NCBI GenBank assembly: GCA_943349075.1 | Contig: CALQYY010000003.1 | Coordinates: forward strand, 1 to 40,725 | Reading direction: 5' to 3' | Source of the DNA: Candidatus Magasanikiibacteriota bacterium | GTDB taxonomy: Bacteria > Patescibacteriota > Patescibacteriia > Magasanikbacterales > 2-02-FULL-50-9b | DNA: 40,725 nucleotides | Shown here: positions 25,913 to 36,606 of the stretch, in pieces | How the letters are laid out: each line of letters starts with the position of its first letter | How positions within the stretch are numbered: position 1 is the first letter of the stretch | The notes under the pieces: model-generated | What the model was told of the DNA's origin: nothing | Database searches by the model: none | The model's input: only the letters and a program-made list of their open reading frames with translations | Translations under genes and position numbers: made by a program

Positions 25913-26668
25913 TTATTTAAACTTTTCTTCAGGCCAAAAACCCATGCGTTCAATATTGTCGACATATTTTTTGGTGAATCGTTTGTTGTCGAGTACATTC
26001 ATCGTGTCCACCATATAAACAAAATCGATGAGCAAAAGAACAACTGCGACAACAGCTGCAGCAATATATCGATTCACTAAATCGTCGCCATACGAAATAA
26101 GCGTGACACCGATGAGCGCGGCAGCGATTGAACCAAGTACTCCCCATGCCCAAATTCCCATGCGTTCAACGCGCAGCGCATGAATTTTCTGGCGCGACTC
26201 CGTTGCTTGACCTGAGATTGTCATGAGCTCGGCAAACAAAAGTTCGCCTTTTTTGCTTGAAATCTTATCGAAACCGTAGAGCTGCTGCGTTATGCGACGA
26301 AACATTTCATTGGTGTCGTCGTAGCGCTGAAATGGTAAAACTTCAAATGCGTGGAGGTATGATTCGATTGCTTCGCGTACAAGATCAAACCATGGGATCT
26401 GATTTTCGCTACGAGAAAAAGCTCGAGCTAAGTGGTGTATGCGGCGTAATTTATTGAGCTCAACAGATACCGCATCAGACAAACTGTTATATCGAGCAAT
26501 TGCATTGCTGATAAAAAAAGTAACAAGAAGACCGAAAATAATGCCCAGCAAAATCGTTGTAGCAGACCCCCACTCAAGCTGATGACCAGTTGTGAGCATT
26601 GCAAGCACCCATGAGATCGCTCCGATTGCCAAAAGATGTAACAGAAAATGAACAATGCGTTTAAACAT
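25913..26668 (-). CDS. membrane protein (DUF4239/bestrophin-like topology)
   Basis: 2 TM, soluble helical region, 2 TM; LGIIFGLLVTF motif. Confidence 0.7.
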   Translation of the reverse strand: MFKRIVHFLLHLLAIGAISWVLAMLTTGHQLEWGSATTILLGIIFGLLVTFFISNAIARYNSLSDAVSVELNKLRRIHHLARAFSRSENQIPWFDLVREAIESYLHAFEVLPFQRYDDTNEMFRRITQQLYGFDKISSKKGELLFAELMTISGQATESRQKIHALRVERMGIWAWGVLGSIAAALIGVTLISYGDDLVNRYIAAAVVAVVLLLIDFVYMVDTMNVLDNKRFTKKYVDNIERMGFWPEEKFK

Positions 26669-26724
26669 ACGCGAAATATTTTTTATTTATTGTAGTATAC
26701 CGAATTTTGAGATGAATCGCAAAA

Positions 26725-27813
26725 TTATTTTAGAAGCAATGCGATGTCGCGATACGTGACAGCAACAACAAGAAGCATGAGGAGTGCAAAGCCAATAAGG
26801 TGTGCATATTGCTCAATTTCCCCGCGCATTTTTTTGCCAATAACTTTTTCGAAAATCACAAACAATGCACGACCACCATCAAGTGATGGAATTGGCAACA
26901 CATTGAGCACTCCCAAGTTAATCGAGAGCATTGCCATAAGTTGAAGCAACGGCCCAAAACCACTCGCAGCAACCTTTCCTGTTACAACCGCAATACCAAC
27001 CGGCCCCGACACGCCCTCTTGCAATTCACCACTCTGAACAAGTTTTGAGACAATCGTTCCGAGGGTTTTAAAAATCAAAAGCGATACGTCTTTTGTTTCT
27101 GTTCCCGCCTTAACAATCGCTGATGTAAATGGATAACGGACTGAAGCAACATCAACCATGTTCACACCAATTCCCGTCACACCTGGTTGAATTTCTCCAG
27201 GAATAACCGTCAAGCTCTTTTTTTCTTTCTGACGAACTACTTCAAGCGCAACCGTTTTTCCACCACTGTTCGAAACAATATTTTTTACACGGTCCGATGA
27301 TGGAAATTCATCTGACTCAACCTTCGAAATTTCATCACCCACTTTAATCCCCGCACGCTCCGCTGGACTCCCTTTCATAACACCGCCAACTACCAGCCGC
27401 TTGTTTGAAACAATCGCATCTGGATCTTGAAATCCAGCAGGCATATCAACGCCTGTCATGAAAAGTCCTAGAAAAATTACATAACCAAGCGCAAAATTCA
27501 TCACAACTCCAGCAAGCAAAATCACCAAACGTTGCCATGTTTTCTTGTGCGCAAAACTATCGTTGTCGCTAGAATCGCTTCCGTCTTCGCCTTTTAAACG
27601 AACAAAACCACCGAGTGGAATCCAGTTTGCCGTATAGTCTGTCCCGTTTTTATGAAAAATTTTTGCAATTTTTGGTGGAAACCCAAAACCAAATTCATAT
27701 ACACGCACACCAAATTTCCGAGCCATATAAAAATGACCCCACTCGTGCGCAATCACGAGTACAAACAAAACCAGAATAAAAACACCAATGGAAAACAATG
27801 CTGATAAAATCAT
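26725..27813 (-). CDS. rseP: RIP metalloprotease RseP (M50 plus PDZ)
   Basis: HEWGH, EFGFGFPP, IPLGGFV, SPAERAG, NVLPIPSLDGG; start reassigned to 27813. Confidence 0.96.
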   Translation of the reverse strand: MILSALFSIGVFILVLFVLVIAHEWGHFYMARKFGVRVYEFGFGFPPKIAKIFHKNGTDYTANWIPLGGFVRLKGEDGSDSSDNDSFAHKKTWQRLVILLAGVVMNFALGYVIFLGLFMTGVDMPAGFQDPDAIVSNKRLVVGGVMKGSPAERAGIKVGDEISKVESDEFPSSDRVKNIVSNSGGKTVALEVVRQKEKKSLTVIPGEIQPGVTGIGVNMVDVASVRYPFTSAIVKAGTETKDVSLLIFKTLGTIVSKLVQSGELQEGVSGPVGIAVVTGKVAASGFGPLLQLMAMLSINLGVLNVLPIPSLDGGRALFVIFEKVIGKKMRGEIEQYAHLIGFALLMLLVVAVTYRDIALLLK

Positions 27814-27814
27814 A

Positions 27815-29161
27815 TTATGAAATGAGATTTTGAACTTCTGAAATTTTTTGATGCATGACATCAGCCGATTTCGCTTCTAGATTTAATCGCAAAAGCGGCT
27901 CTGTGTTTGATGGTCGTACATTAAACCACCAATCGCCCATATCAAAGAGCAATCCATCGAGTCGTGAAACAGATTTAGCAATAGGCGCGTAAACTGATTC
28001 GATTTTTTCTAATGCTGCGGCGCGATCATGCACCTCAAAATTAATTTCTCCCGAATGCGCATCACTCAAAAATTCCGCTGCCAAAACCGACAATGGTTTT
28101 CCTGATGTTTGAAGCAGTTTCAAGACAAATAACATTGCTGCTTCCGCACACTCAACGCTAAAATACTCTTGAAAATAAAAGTGACACGAGAGTTCTCCTG
28201 CAAAAATTGCACCGTTTTCGCGCATCTGTTTTTTGATAAACGCGTGCCCAACACGAGACATTTCAGGAACTCCACCAGCCGCTTCAACTGCACGCGCAAC
28301 TGCACGACGCGAACGAAGATCGAATAAAATTTTTGCACCCTGATGTGTGCGAAGTAATTCTTGTCCGATAAGACCTGTTAATACATCGCCACCGATCATA
28401 TTACCGAGCTCATCAACAAAACCAACACGATCACCATCTCCATCGAACGCGAGACCAACTGACGCTCCGCGTGACACAACTTCGTGCTTTAACGCCTCAA
28501 GCGTTTTTTCTTTTAGTGGATTTGCTTCGTGATTTGGAAATGTTCCATCCGGCGTTTCATACATCACATGCGCCGAAACCATCGGCACGCGCGCGAGCAA
28601 TTTTCGAATTACCGCACCTTCCATACCATTGCCACAATCAATCACTACTGACAGCGGCTTTGATTCGTCAAGCGAAACCATGGAAAAAATTTTATCCAAA
28701 CAATCATCAAACACCTCGCGATCCTGAGTTGTTCCCGCTTCCGGCGCCGAAACAAAATCACCCGCAAGCGCGCGCGCCTTAATTTCGAGCAAACCACTTG
28801 CCTCACCCACCGGCATACCATTTCCGAGGAGCATTTTCATGCCGTTCCACTCCCCCGTATTATGGGAGGCTGTGATCATAATTCCCCCATCATTTCCCTC
28901 ATAGCCCGCGGTTGCAAAATACAAAATCGGTGTTGTGACACACCCAACTTTGATGAGTTTGACGCCCGACGAAACTGCTGCAGCCTCTATTGCTGAGACC
29001 ATTTCAGGGCTTGAGACACGCATATCCCACCCCAAAACAAGTGTTTTTATGTCAAAATGTTCGATAAATGCACGCGCAATTTGAGCGGCGCCCGCAGCGT
29101 CCCACTCCTCTCCATAAACTCCACGAACGTCGTATGCTTTAAAAACTTTAGGTAATAACAT
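27815..29161 (-). CDS. manB: phosphomannomutase/phosphoglucomutase
   Basis: FKAYDVRG, ITASHN, FDGDGDR, GELSCH, VRPSNTEP. Confidence 0.93.
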   Translation of the reverse strand: MLLPKVFKAYDVRGVYGEEWDAAGAAQIARAFIEHFDIKTLVLGWDMRVSSPEMVSAIEAAAVSSGVKLIKVGCVTTPILYFATAGYEGNDGGIMITASHNTGEWNGMKMLLGNGMPVGEASGLLEIKARALAGDFVSAPEAGTTQDREVFDDCLDKIFSMVSLDESKPLSVVIDCGNGMEGAVIRKLLARVPMVSAHVMYETPDGTFPNHEANPLKEKTLEALKHEVVSRGASVGLAFDGDGDRVGFVDELGNMIGGDVLTGLIGQELLRTHQGAKILFDLRSRRAVARAVEAAGGVPEMSRVGHAFIKKQMRENGAIFAGELSCHFYFQEYFSVECAEAAMLFVLKLLQTSGKPLSVLAAEFLSDAHSGEINFEVHDRAAALEKIESVYAPIAKSVSRLDGLLFDMGDWWFNVRPSNTEPLLRLNLEAKSADVMHQKISEVQNLIS

Positions 29162-29177
29162 ATTTTTCTCTAATTCA

Positions 29178-29206
29178 TTGACGTTTCAGGCAAAATTAGC
29201 TATGAT
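29178..29206 (+). promoter_or_regulatory. promoter for the lemA-like/clpC operon
   Basis: TTGACG-17-TATGAT. Confidence 0.6.
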
Positions 29207-29224
29207 TTCTGCATACATTTTCCT

Positions 29225-29620
29225 ATGTCCTTTAAGAACACTCCAAACGTCTGGCGAGATTATAACACACAGCGAGAACGCAGGTATCACTACCTTCCAA
29301 AGCTCATTTCCGTCAGTCGCGGCTATCTTAAAGACAATCAGCGGGAAATTTTTGCCATCGTTGAAACTGTCGAACGGGCGCGTCAACTCAAGGCGCTTGG
29401 CCTTGCCCTTCTCGGCGAACAGCTCGACGCAGAAAAAAAACTTACCAAAGAAATTCGCTCCCTGATCGTTCTTTGCAAACACCATCCAGCGCTTCTAGCA
29501 AAAAACGCATACATGGATCTCGAGCACGAACTTCTCGATGCCGATGCGCACATGCACGCGCTCCACGCCTTACTCATCGGCTCCCAAAAACAGCCCTATG
29601 GAATCAGAACTCTTCACTAA
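29225..29620 (+). CDS. divergent, truncated LemA-like protein
   Basis: QRERRYHYLPKLISVSRGY...HHPALLAKNAYMDLEHEL parallels the LemA pattern QLxRRxDLIPNLVxTVKGY...YPxLKAxxNFxxLQxEL. Confidence 0.6.
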   Translation: MSFKNTPNVWRDYNTQRERRYHYLPKLISVSRGYLKDNQREIFAIVETVERARQLKALGLALLGEQLDAEKKLTKEIRSLIVLCKHHPALLAKNAYMDLEHELLDADAHMHALHALLIGSQKQPYGIRTLH

Positions 29621-32108
29621 CAAATCGACGTTTCATTTTCGAAACGTAATTGCACAAGCATTTCATCACGCAGCCCTCGCGGGAACAAAAGTGGTCACCC
29701 CACTTCATTTGTTATTAGCCCTCGTTCAAGAAACTGGCAGTATTGGCGAAGAGATTGTGCGTCGTGCAGGAGTTCGCCCTGATATGCTCGTCGCACTGCT
29801 AGCACTCGCCGATGTTGTTGAGCTAAATCGCAGCGCAGTTTTATCACCAACCTCAAAACGCGTCATTGAAAAAGCGGTGATGCGCGCAGCACAAGGCAAC
29901 CATTCGTACATTGGTACAGAACATTTGCTCCACGGCTTAATCGAAGCCGCGCTTCCGGAAATTGAAATTGTTTTTAAGAACCCTGCAGTCAAAGTGAAAG
30001 AGTTAACGCAACAGCTTGAAATCGCACTCAAAAGTGCTGGCAAACTTCCTGAGATGCTCTACCAAATCTGGGGAGAAAACCAAATCAAGCAAACATGGAA
30101 AGGCGCGCCCGACAAATCAAAAAAGTTGCCCGCACTTGAATATTTTGGAAACGAACTCACGAATGAAGCGCATGCCGCAAAACTCGATCCTGTGATTGGA
30201 CGTGATGAAGAAATTGAACGCATGATTCATATTCTTGCGCGTCGAACAAAAAACAATCCACTGCTTCTCGGAGAACCAGGCGTTGGAAAAACTGCGATTG
30301 TTGAAGGTCTTGCAAAACGTGTTTTGTCAGGACAGGTTCCACCACAACTACTCGGCAAACGAATTTTCGCGGTTGATCTTGGTCTCATGATTGCGGGCAC
30401 GATGTATCGCGGTGAATTTGAATCACGCATCAAACAATTAGTCGACGAAGTTCGCGCAAATCCTGATATCATTTTGTTCATCGATGAAATCCATTCGATT
30501 GTTGGTGCTGGCTCATCAAACGGCACACTCGATGCGGCAAATCTCTTAAAGCCAGCACTTGCCCGCGGTGAGCTTCGTGTCATTGGCGCAACAACATTCG
30601 ATGAATTCAAAAAACATATCGAGCACGATGCAGCGCTTGAGCGTCGATTTCAAACAGTGAGCGTTCGCGAACCATCAACTGAAGAAACAATTGAAATTTT
30701 GTCGCACATCAAAGGCCACTACGAACGATTCCATGGAATTTCGGTTGGGCCTGATGCAGTGCACGCAGCGGTGAATCTCGCACACAAATATTTTCCTGAG
30801 AAACGCTTTCCAGACAAAGCAATTGATTTGCTTGACGAAGCGATGAGCGCAGTTAAAGTACAAACAGCGAATGTTACAACAGCCGAACTTCAAAGCCAGC
30901 TCACACAATCGCTCAAAGAAGTTGTTGTGAAAAAACAAAAAGCAATTATCAAAGAGTCGTACGAAGAGGCGCAAAAACTCAAGGCCGAAGAGCAGCAAAT
31001 CGCACTGCAGTTGAATGCTATTTTAGATGACCAGAAAAACGCGGCTCCGCGCGGCGCTGTAACAGCTCAAGATATTCACGCTGTTATCGAGCGAATTCTT
31101 CGTCGCCCCATCAGCGAGCGCGAAACAATTGCGCCAAAAGAATCGCTTCATGCATTTTTGTCTGCACGCGTTTTTGGACAAGACGACGTTCTCACAACCG
31201 TCACACACGCAATCACCAAAGCGCGCCTTGGTCTGCACGAAGAAAACCGCCCGCTTGCATCATTTTTGTTTGTCGGCTCATCTGGTGTTGGAAAAACAGA
31301 ACTCGCAAAATTAATTGCAGCTGGCATTTATGGCGATCCAAAAGCGCTCATTCGCCTGGACATGACCGAATTTTCGGAAGGATTTTCTGTGTCAAAAATG
31401 ATGGGCTCCCCTGCGGGCTATGTTGGCTATCGCGAAGGAACAACAATTGTTGACCGCCTCCGCCGCCAACCGATGAGCGTTTTGCTTTTCGACGAAATCG
31501 ACAAAGCCCACCCCGATGTGCTCAATATTTTGTTGCAAATGCTTGAGGAGGGCCGCATCGCAGACGCAAGCGGCAAAGAAGCGTCGGTCAAACAATCGGT
31601 CATCATTCTCACCTACCAAATTGCGCCCGAAGAAATTACCGGCTCAAGTTTTGGATTTAGCTCGGATGCCGTTGTTCGTTCAAGCGATGCTGTTCGAGCG
31701 ACACTTTACAACAGCTTGAAACCAGAACTTCTCAACCGTATCGACAATGCGTGCGTATTCAAGCCACTTGATAATGACAGTTTAACCAAAATCGCCGTTA
31801 AACAATTGAACGATTTTACAACTCGCCTTCTCAAGCGATCAATCGTTTTGAATTGGGATGAAAAAGTCATTGAACTCATCACCGCAAAATCATCCGACAC
31901 CAAAGAAGGCGCGCGCAAAGTTCGCCACATCATCGAAAACGCAATTGAACAAAAATTGATTGCACATTTATCGATGAATCCAGACACATCTGAGTATCGG
32001 ATTGATACAAAAAATGATATACTGGGCGTCGAACCAATCTATGCCACAGTTCGTGGGAGCGCCTCTAAAACTAAATCCCGAACCAAACGACGAGTCTTAC
32101 AGGGCTAA
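29598..32108 (+). CDS. clpC: ATP-dependent Clp protease ATP-binding subunit (ClpC-like)
   Basis: Clp_N repeats, LDPVIGR, GEPGVGKT, FIDEIH, UVR-like coil, GSSGVGKT, PAGYVGY, FGF loop; start reassigned to 29598. Confidence 0.92.
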   Translation: MESELFTNKSTFHFRNVIAQAFHHAALAGTKVVTPLHLLLALVQETGSIGEEIVRRAGVRPDMLVALLALADVVELNRSAVLSPTSKRVIEKAVMRAAQGNHSYIGTEHLLHGLIEAALPEIEIVFKNPAVKVKELTQQLEIALKSAGKLPEMLYQIWGENQIKQTWKGAPDKSKKLPALEYFGNELTNEAHAAKLDPVIGRDEEIERMIHILARRTKNNPLLLGEPGVGKTAIVEGLAKRVLSGQVPPQLLGKRIFAVDLGLMIAGTMYRGEFESRIKQLVDEVRANPDIILFIDEIHSIVGAGSSNGTLDAANLLKPALARGELRVIGATTFDEFKKHIEHDAALERRFQTVSVREPSTEETIEILSHIKGHYERFHGISVGPDAVHAAVNLAHKYFPEKRFPDKAIDLLDEAMSAVKVQTANVTTAELQSQLTQSLKEVVVKKQKAIIKESYEEAQKLKAEEQQIALQLNAILDDQKNAAPRGAVTAQDIHAVIERILRRPISERETIAPKESLHAFLSARVFGQDDVLTTVTHAITKARLGLHEENRPLASFLFVGSSGVGKTELAKLIAAGIYGDPKALIRLDMTEFSEGFSVSKMMGSPAGYVGYREGTTIVDRLRRQPMSVLLFDEIDKAHPDVLNILLQMLEEGRIADASGKEASVKQSVIILTYQIAPEEITGSSFGFSSDAVVRSSDAVRATLYNSLKPELLNRIDNACVFKPLDNDSLTKIAVKQLNDFTTRLLKRSIVLNWDEKVIELITAKSSDTKEGARKVRHIIENAIEQKLIAHLSMNPDTSEYRIDTKNDILGVEPIYATVRGSASKTKSRTKRRVLQG

Positions 32109-32469
32109 TCTTCATGCTGCAAATCTAAACAGCGCTCGCGAAGAACAAGAAAGACCTGAAGAAACAAATTTTTCAGGACAATATACGCCACCATCTGGCG
32201 ATGATTACGAAATCAATCGATCACCTACACAATTTTCTGACATGAGTGCAGACGTGGAGGACGGTGACGACCAATCCGATTTTGAGGCAGGTTATAATTC
32301 GGCGGTTGGCGACGGATCATTTCTTAAAGAAAAACTTGTTTCGTGGGCAGTAGGAATTTTTTCACCACCCGGAACAGGCCCTATGTTTGGCAGTGGCGCA
32401 TCACTCATACAGTGGATTTTCCGCGAAGACGACCCATCTGAAACATCAAACGAAAACGAAGAAACCTAA
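32041..32469 (+). CDS. hypothetical acidic, probably disordered protein
   Basis: ATG at 32041 overlaps the clpC 3' end; fills the gap to the next gene. Confidence 0.55.
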   Translation: MPQFVGAPLKLNPEPNDESYRANLHAANLNSAREEQERPEETNFSGQYTPPSGDDYEINRSPTQFSDMSADVEDGDDQSDFEAGYNSAVGDGSFLKEKLVSWAVGIFSPPGTGPMFGSGASLIQWIFREDDPSETSNENEET

Positions 32470-32480
32470 CGCTCTTTTCT

Positions 32481-33740
32481 ATGGAAATCGAAAAAAAGAA
32501 ACTTTTAGCCGCAGCAGGAATCATACTCCTCACAACACTGCTTGGAATTCTTGTGTACAAAGTCTATTTTGCACCAGCGCCTGAGCAGCCAATTCCCGAA
32601 GACGTCTCTGGCGACATAACTCCAAATCAACTTACCGAATCCGATGCGCGCGACAAATCGATTGGTGTTGATGCGGGTGAACTTGCAAGCGGCTTTGAGC
32701 GACCACCGCTTGAGACTGCAGCGCAAGTAGTTCAAGGCGACGGCGGCCAAATCAACGTTGCAGTCACAACAGTCATTTCAAATCCGACAGCAGCGCTCAC
32801 CACCGGATCGAGCGATGGAACATTTCAATTTTACGACCGACTCGATGGACGTTTTTACAAAGCCGATGAAGACGGCAACAAAATTCCACTCTCGCAAGAA
32901 ATTTTTCCAGCAGTCCAAAGTGTAACGTGGGCACCAAACAAAACCATCGCCGCAATGACCTTTCCCGATGGAAAAAAGGCTGTCTATGATTTCAACGCAA
33001 AAAAACAATACTCGATTCCATCACACTGGAACGACGTAAATTTTTCGCCGGATTCAAAACAGATGGCGGGAAAAACAGATAGTCCTGATCCAAAACTTCG
33101 ATATTTGTTTACATCAAACATCGATGGAACAAACGCGCTTCCGATTGAACCGCTTGGCGAAAACGGCAACAAAGTAATTGTTAGCTGGTCACCCAACAAC
33201 CAAGTAATCGCGTTTTCTCGAACCGCTCCCGCGCTCGGCGGCGGTGGCGATCGTCAAGGCGTTTTGTTTATCGGAAAAAATGGCGAGAACTTCAGACAGC
33301 TCACCGTCGAAGGAATGGGCTTCCAACCAAGCTGGTCACCACAGGGCGATCGTGTGCTCTATAGCGCACACAACGGTTCGTCAGACCTAAAACCAACACT
33401 CTGGATTGATGGTGGTAGCGACGAAACAGTTGGTGCCGCAAAAAATTATTTAGGCATCGACACCTGGGCAAGTAAGTGCACTTTTTTGAACAACGATGAA
33501 GTTCTCTGTGCAGTTCCCGACCCTTCACGCTTGCTCCCTGGAATTGGATTTGCACCACAGCTTGCAACCAACACAAATGACACTGTCTACAAAGTTAACA
33601 TTCGCTCAGGCCTTCAAACAATTGTTGGAAAACCAGACGGCGATCACACCATCGACACACTTTCAGTTTCCGCAGACGGCACCAATCTTTTCATGAAAGA
33701 AAGCGGTTCTGGAGAAATTCTAAAAATGCAGCTCAAATAG
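32481..33740 (+). CDS. membrane-anchored TolB/WD40-like beta-propeller protein
   Basis: N-terminal TM; repeated WAPN/FSPD/WSPN/WSPQG blade motifs. Confidence 0.82.
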   Translation: MEIEKKKLLAAAGIILLTTLLGILVYKVYFAPAPEQPIPEDVSGDITPNQLTESDARDKSIGVDAGELASGFERPPLETAAQVVQGDGGQINVAVTTVISNPTAALTTGSSDGTFQFYDRLDGRFYKADEDGNKIPLSQEIFPAVQSVTWAPNKTIAAMTFPDGKKAVYDFNAKKQYSIPSHWNDVNFSPDSKQMAGKTDSPDPKLRYLFTSNIDGTNALPIEPLGENGNKVIVSWSPNNQVIAFSRTAPALGGGGDRQGVLFIGKNGENFRQLTVEGMGFQPSWSPQGDRVLYSAHNGSSDLKPTLWIDGGSDETVGAAKNYLGIDTWASKCTFLNNDEVLCAVPDPSRLLPGIGFAPQLATNTNDTVYKVNIRSGLQTIVGKPDGDHTIDTLSVSADGTNLFMKESGSGEILKMQLK

Positions 33741-33741
33741 T

Positions 33742-34413
33742 ATGCAAAAGCACTGGCTACTTATTGCGATGGTTGCGATTATCACACTTTTTGTAGGTGG
33801 TGGAATAATCTACCAAATTACATCGTCCCGAACGCCAGTGTCCCAACCACAAGCAAAAGCTGCGCTCACCGAACCGACAATTAAAATCACCGACCCTCAA
33901 CGCGGAAATCAAAATGCCCCGCTTACCATTGTATATTTTAGCGATTTTGGGTGCGATAGTTGCGCGGGCGCGGACCCAATTCTTACAGCTCTTGAAAAAG
34001 AATTTCCAGACAAGATTCGTTTTGTTTGGAAAGATTTTCCAACGCACAAAAATATTTTTCCCGAATCATTTGAGATCCACAAAGCTGCACGCTGCGCCGC
34101 AACGCTCGGCAAATTTTGGGATTTTGAACGAACTGCTTTTTTGCATAACAGTGAGATTCGTTTGAATACCCCTATGCTGGACAAAATCATCACAGAATCC
34201 GGTCTGAGCACCAAAGCACTTGCTGAATGTATGAGTTCCCCAGCAGTCACTGGTGTCATCGAAGAAAATGTTGACGAAGGAAAGCGATTAGGAGTAACAG
34301 CGACACCGACTTTTTTTCTCAACAATATTCGATACGAAGGAGTTATGCCCTACTATCAATTCGCTGGAACTATTAGAAAAATGCTTGCGAAAATCGAATA
34401 TGACAAAAACTAG
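33742..34413 (+). CDS. DsbA/BdbD-family thiol-disulfide oxidoreductase
   Basis: N-terminal TM, GNQNAPLTIVYFSDFGCDSC, GVTATPTFF (cis-Pro loop). Confidence 0.92.
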   Translation: MQKHWLLIAMVAIITLFVGGGIIYQITSSRTPVSQPQAKAALTEPTIKITDPQRGNQNAPLTIVYFSDFGCDSCAGADPILTALEKEFPDKIRFVWKDFPTHKNIFPESFEIHKAARCAATLGKFWDFERTAFLHNSEIRLNTPMLDKIITESGLSTKALAECMSSPAVTGVIEENVDEGKRLGVTATPTFFLNNIRYEGVMPYYQFAGTIRKMLAKIEYDKN

Positions 34414-34416
34414 CTT

Positions 34417-36606
34417 ATGAAAATCATTTTATTTTTTCTCGCAACACTTTTTTTCATTCCAACAAATGCGCATTCTGCAGGCCTCTTTGAGTCATGTAAT
34501 CCTTCGTTTTGCGACAGCGATCTGCAGTGTCCTGGATTTCAAATGTTTGGACAATCGCTCCAAAAAGAACAGAAATGTTGGCCGGAAAAAACATACAAAC
34601 CATGCGGATCAAGTGGTGATTGTAAAGCAATTGGCGATTGTGTTGTTGGAAATACCGTAGACACGGTCACCAGTCCTGTCGCATTTTGTATCGATAAAAA
34701 GTATTACCCACCCGGTGATAAAGGTGTTGCTATCCAGGATAAATGTATCTCGACAAAGAATTGTGGCGCTAACGAACAGTGTGTTCGAATAACTCGCTAC
34801 GACAAAGAGACCTTTGGAACAAGTGAGTTTGTACAAAATAACAACTGCGTTCCACTTTCCCAACTCCCAGCATCACTTGTTTTTAAAGACACAACGGGTA
34901 GCTGTGGGCAAAACCAACAATGTTCAACCGACGAAACATGCGTTGAAAATACCTACCTTGATATTGTTGCAAAAGCAGCCTACGTTCCACTTTCCGGCCT
35001 TCTTTCTTTTAAACAACCCGTTTGCTACAAAACAAAATATTTAGCTGGTTCGTGCAAAAACTATGGGGACACCTGCCAAGTTTCCGGAACTGGCACAGGA
35101 TACTGCATGAACACACTCGATGCAGGAAATGTTGTTCTCAAATGCATTGATGTCACCTACTTGCCAGGCGGCCCCTCAGCTCCATCAAATTATGCATGCA
35201 GCACTGATTCTCAGTGCAAAGGCTCCCCTGGTTACAACTATTGCCTCATCAATCCTGTCACAAACAAAGGAAATTGTTTTTCACAAAAAACAATTTTCTC
35301 AGACATGACAAAACTTCCGGACCCTACCTGCACATTAATTGGAAAACAGGGTTGTGAAGCAACTGGAAAAGAATCAATCTGCGCATCATATCCCGATAAA
35401 GCGACCGCTGTTTGCATTAATTACGCCGGAGGCGGTGCTGCACTATCAAGCGGAGCTGGAACAGCATCGCCGGATCCATCGCAACTTCCCGATCAAAATG
35501 TTGCGCAGCAAACCTACGAAGCTTACGCACCAAAACTTCAAATCGACATCCCAAACCTAACATTTGCTGAAAATATTACCGCTGTTGATGGGCCTGGAGG
35601 AATTAAATACTTCTCTGTTCCCTATCTTGCGTCTTACATCAACGCTGTTTATAAGTACGCACTCGGTCTTGGTGTTTTGATTGCTGTAATTATGCTCATG
35701 TATGCCGGATTTCGTTGGATGAGCTCATTCGGAAATACAAAAGCAATTGAAGAAGCAAAAACAATGGTTGGAAATTCCGTCTTCGGCCTCGTACTTTTGT
35801 TCGCAGCATTCACCATCCTCTACTACATAAACCCAGAGCTGCCGAAATTATCTGCACTTCAGATTTTTGCACCAAAACAGGAAGCCTTCAAAAATCCAGC
35901 AGAAGAAAACCAGGATGGTAGTGGTGTAACAGGGTCGGTATCTTCTATTGGCACCCCTCCCGGCGTTTCCACCGCTTTATGCGAAGAAAACAAAGCACTC
36001 CCTCTTAATCCACTCGCAACACCTTTTAAAAATAAGGATTATTTTGCGTGCAAATACACAAAAAAGAGAAACATTAAGAATATTTCTCTTGTAATTATTC
36101 ACGAAGGAGGTTCAAATGCCAACGCAACAGCAGATATTTGGATAAAACGAAGCATGGATCTGAATTATGCAATCGGAGCACATTACGCAATCAACAAAGA
36201 CGGTACTATTGTTCAGTATGTGCCGGAAGATCTAATTGCAAACCATACACCAGGCGGTGGTAATGGAAATGCAAATAATTATTCAATTGGAATCGATTTG
36301 GCTATTCCAAATTGTTCGCAATCAGCAGCTTCTTGTAAACCAGACAGTGCGGGTTATAAGTGCATGAAATATACAGACGCACAATACGAAGCCCTAAAAA
36401 AATTACTTAAGGATATTTCTTCTCGAACCAAGGTTACTTACGATGACGACCACATCATTCAACATTGTGAGGTGTGTGACGCATCACACTGCGATGCACG
36501 TGGCTTAGACTGGTCAAAACTAGGATTAACACAATTAAAACATCGTACAGCAGATGGTACCTGTATCAAGCGCTGGACAACTAAAGCTGGTGGCTGCACC
36601 CAATGA
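34417..36606 (+). CDS. Cys-rich exported domain + VirB2/TrbC-like pilin TM hairpin + N-acetylmuramoyl-L-alanine amidase (Amidase_2)
   Basis: Signal peptide; YINAVYKYALG..YAGFRWM..AK..INP pilin hairpin; IIHE, AHYAINKDGTIVQYV, NNYSIGID, HIIQH. Confidence 0.85.
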   Translation: MKIILFFLATLFFIPTNAHSAGLFESCNPSFCDSDLQCPGFQMFGQSLQKEQKCWPEKTYKPCGSSGDCKAIGDCVVGNTVDTVTSPVAFCIDKKYYPPGDKGVAIQDKCISTKNCGANEQCVRITRYDKETFGTSEFVQNNNCVPLSQLPASLVFKDTTGSCGQNQQCSTDETCVENTYLDIVAKAAYVPLSGLLSFKQPVCYKTKYLAGSCKNYGDTCQVSGTGTGYCMNTLDAGNVVLKCIDVTYLPGGPSAPSNYACSTDSQCKGSPGYNYCLINPVTNKGNCFSQKTIFSDMTKLPDPTCTLIGKQGCEATGKESICASYPDKATAVCINYAGGGAALSSGAGTASPDPSQLPDQNVAQQTYEAYAPKLQIDIPNLTFAENITAVDGPGGIKYFSVPYLASYINAVYKYALGLGVLIAVIMLMYAGFRWMSSFGNTKAIEEAKTMVGNSVFGLVLLFAAFTILYYINPELPKLSALQIFAPKQEAFKNPAEENQDGSGVTGSVSSIGTPPGVSTALCEENKALPLNPLATPFKNKDYFACKYTKKRNIKNISLVIIHEGGSNANATADIWIKRSMDLNYAIGAHYAINKDGTIVQYVPEDLIANHTPGGGNGNANNYSIGIDLAIPNCSQSAASCKPDSAGYKCMKYTDAQYEALKKLLKDISSRTKVTYDDDHIIQHCEVCDASHCDARGLDWSKLGLTQLKHRTADGTCIKRWTTKAGGCTQ

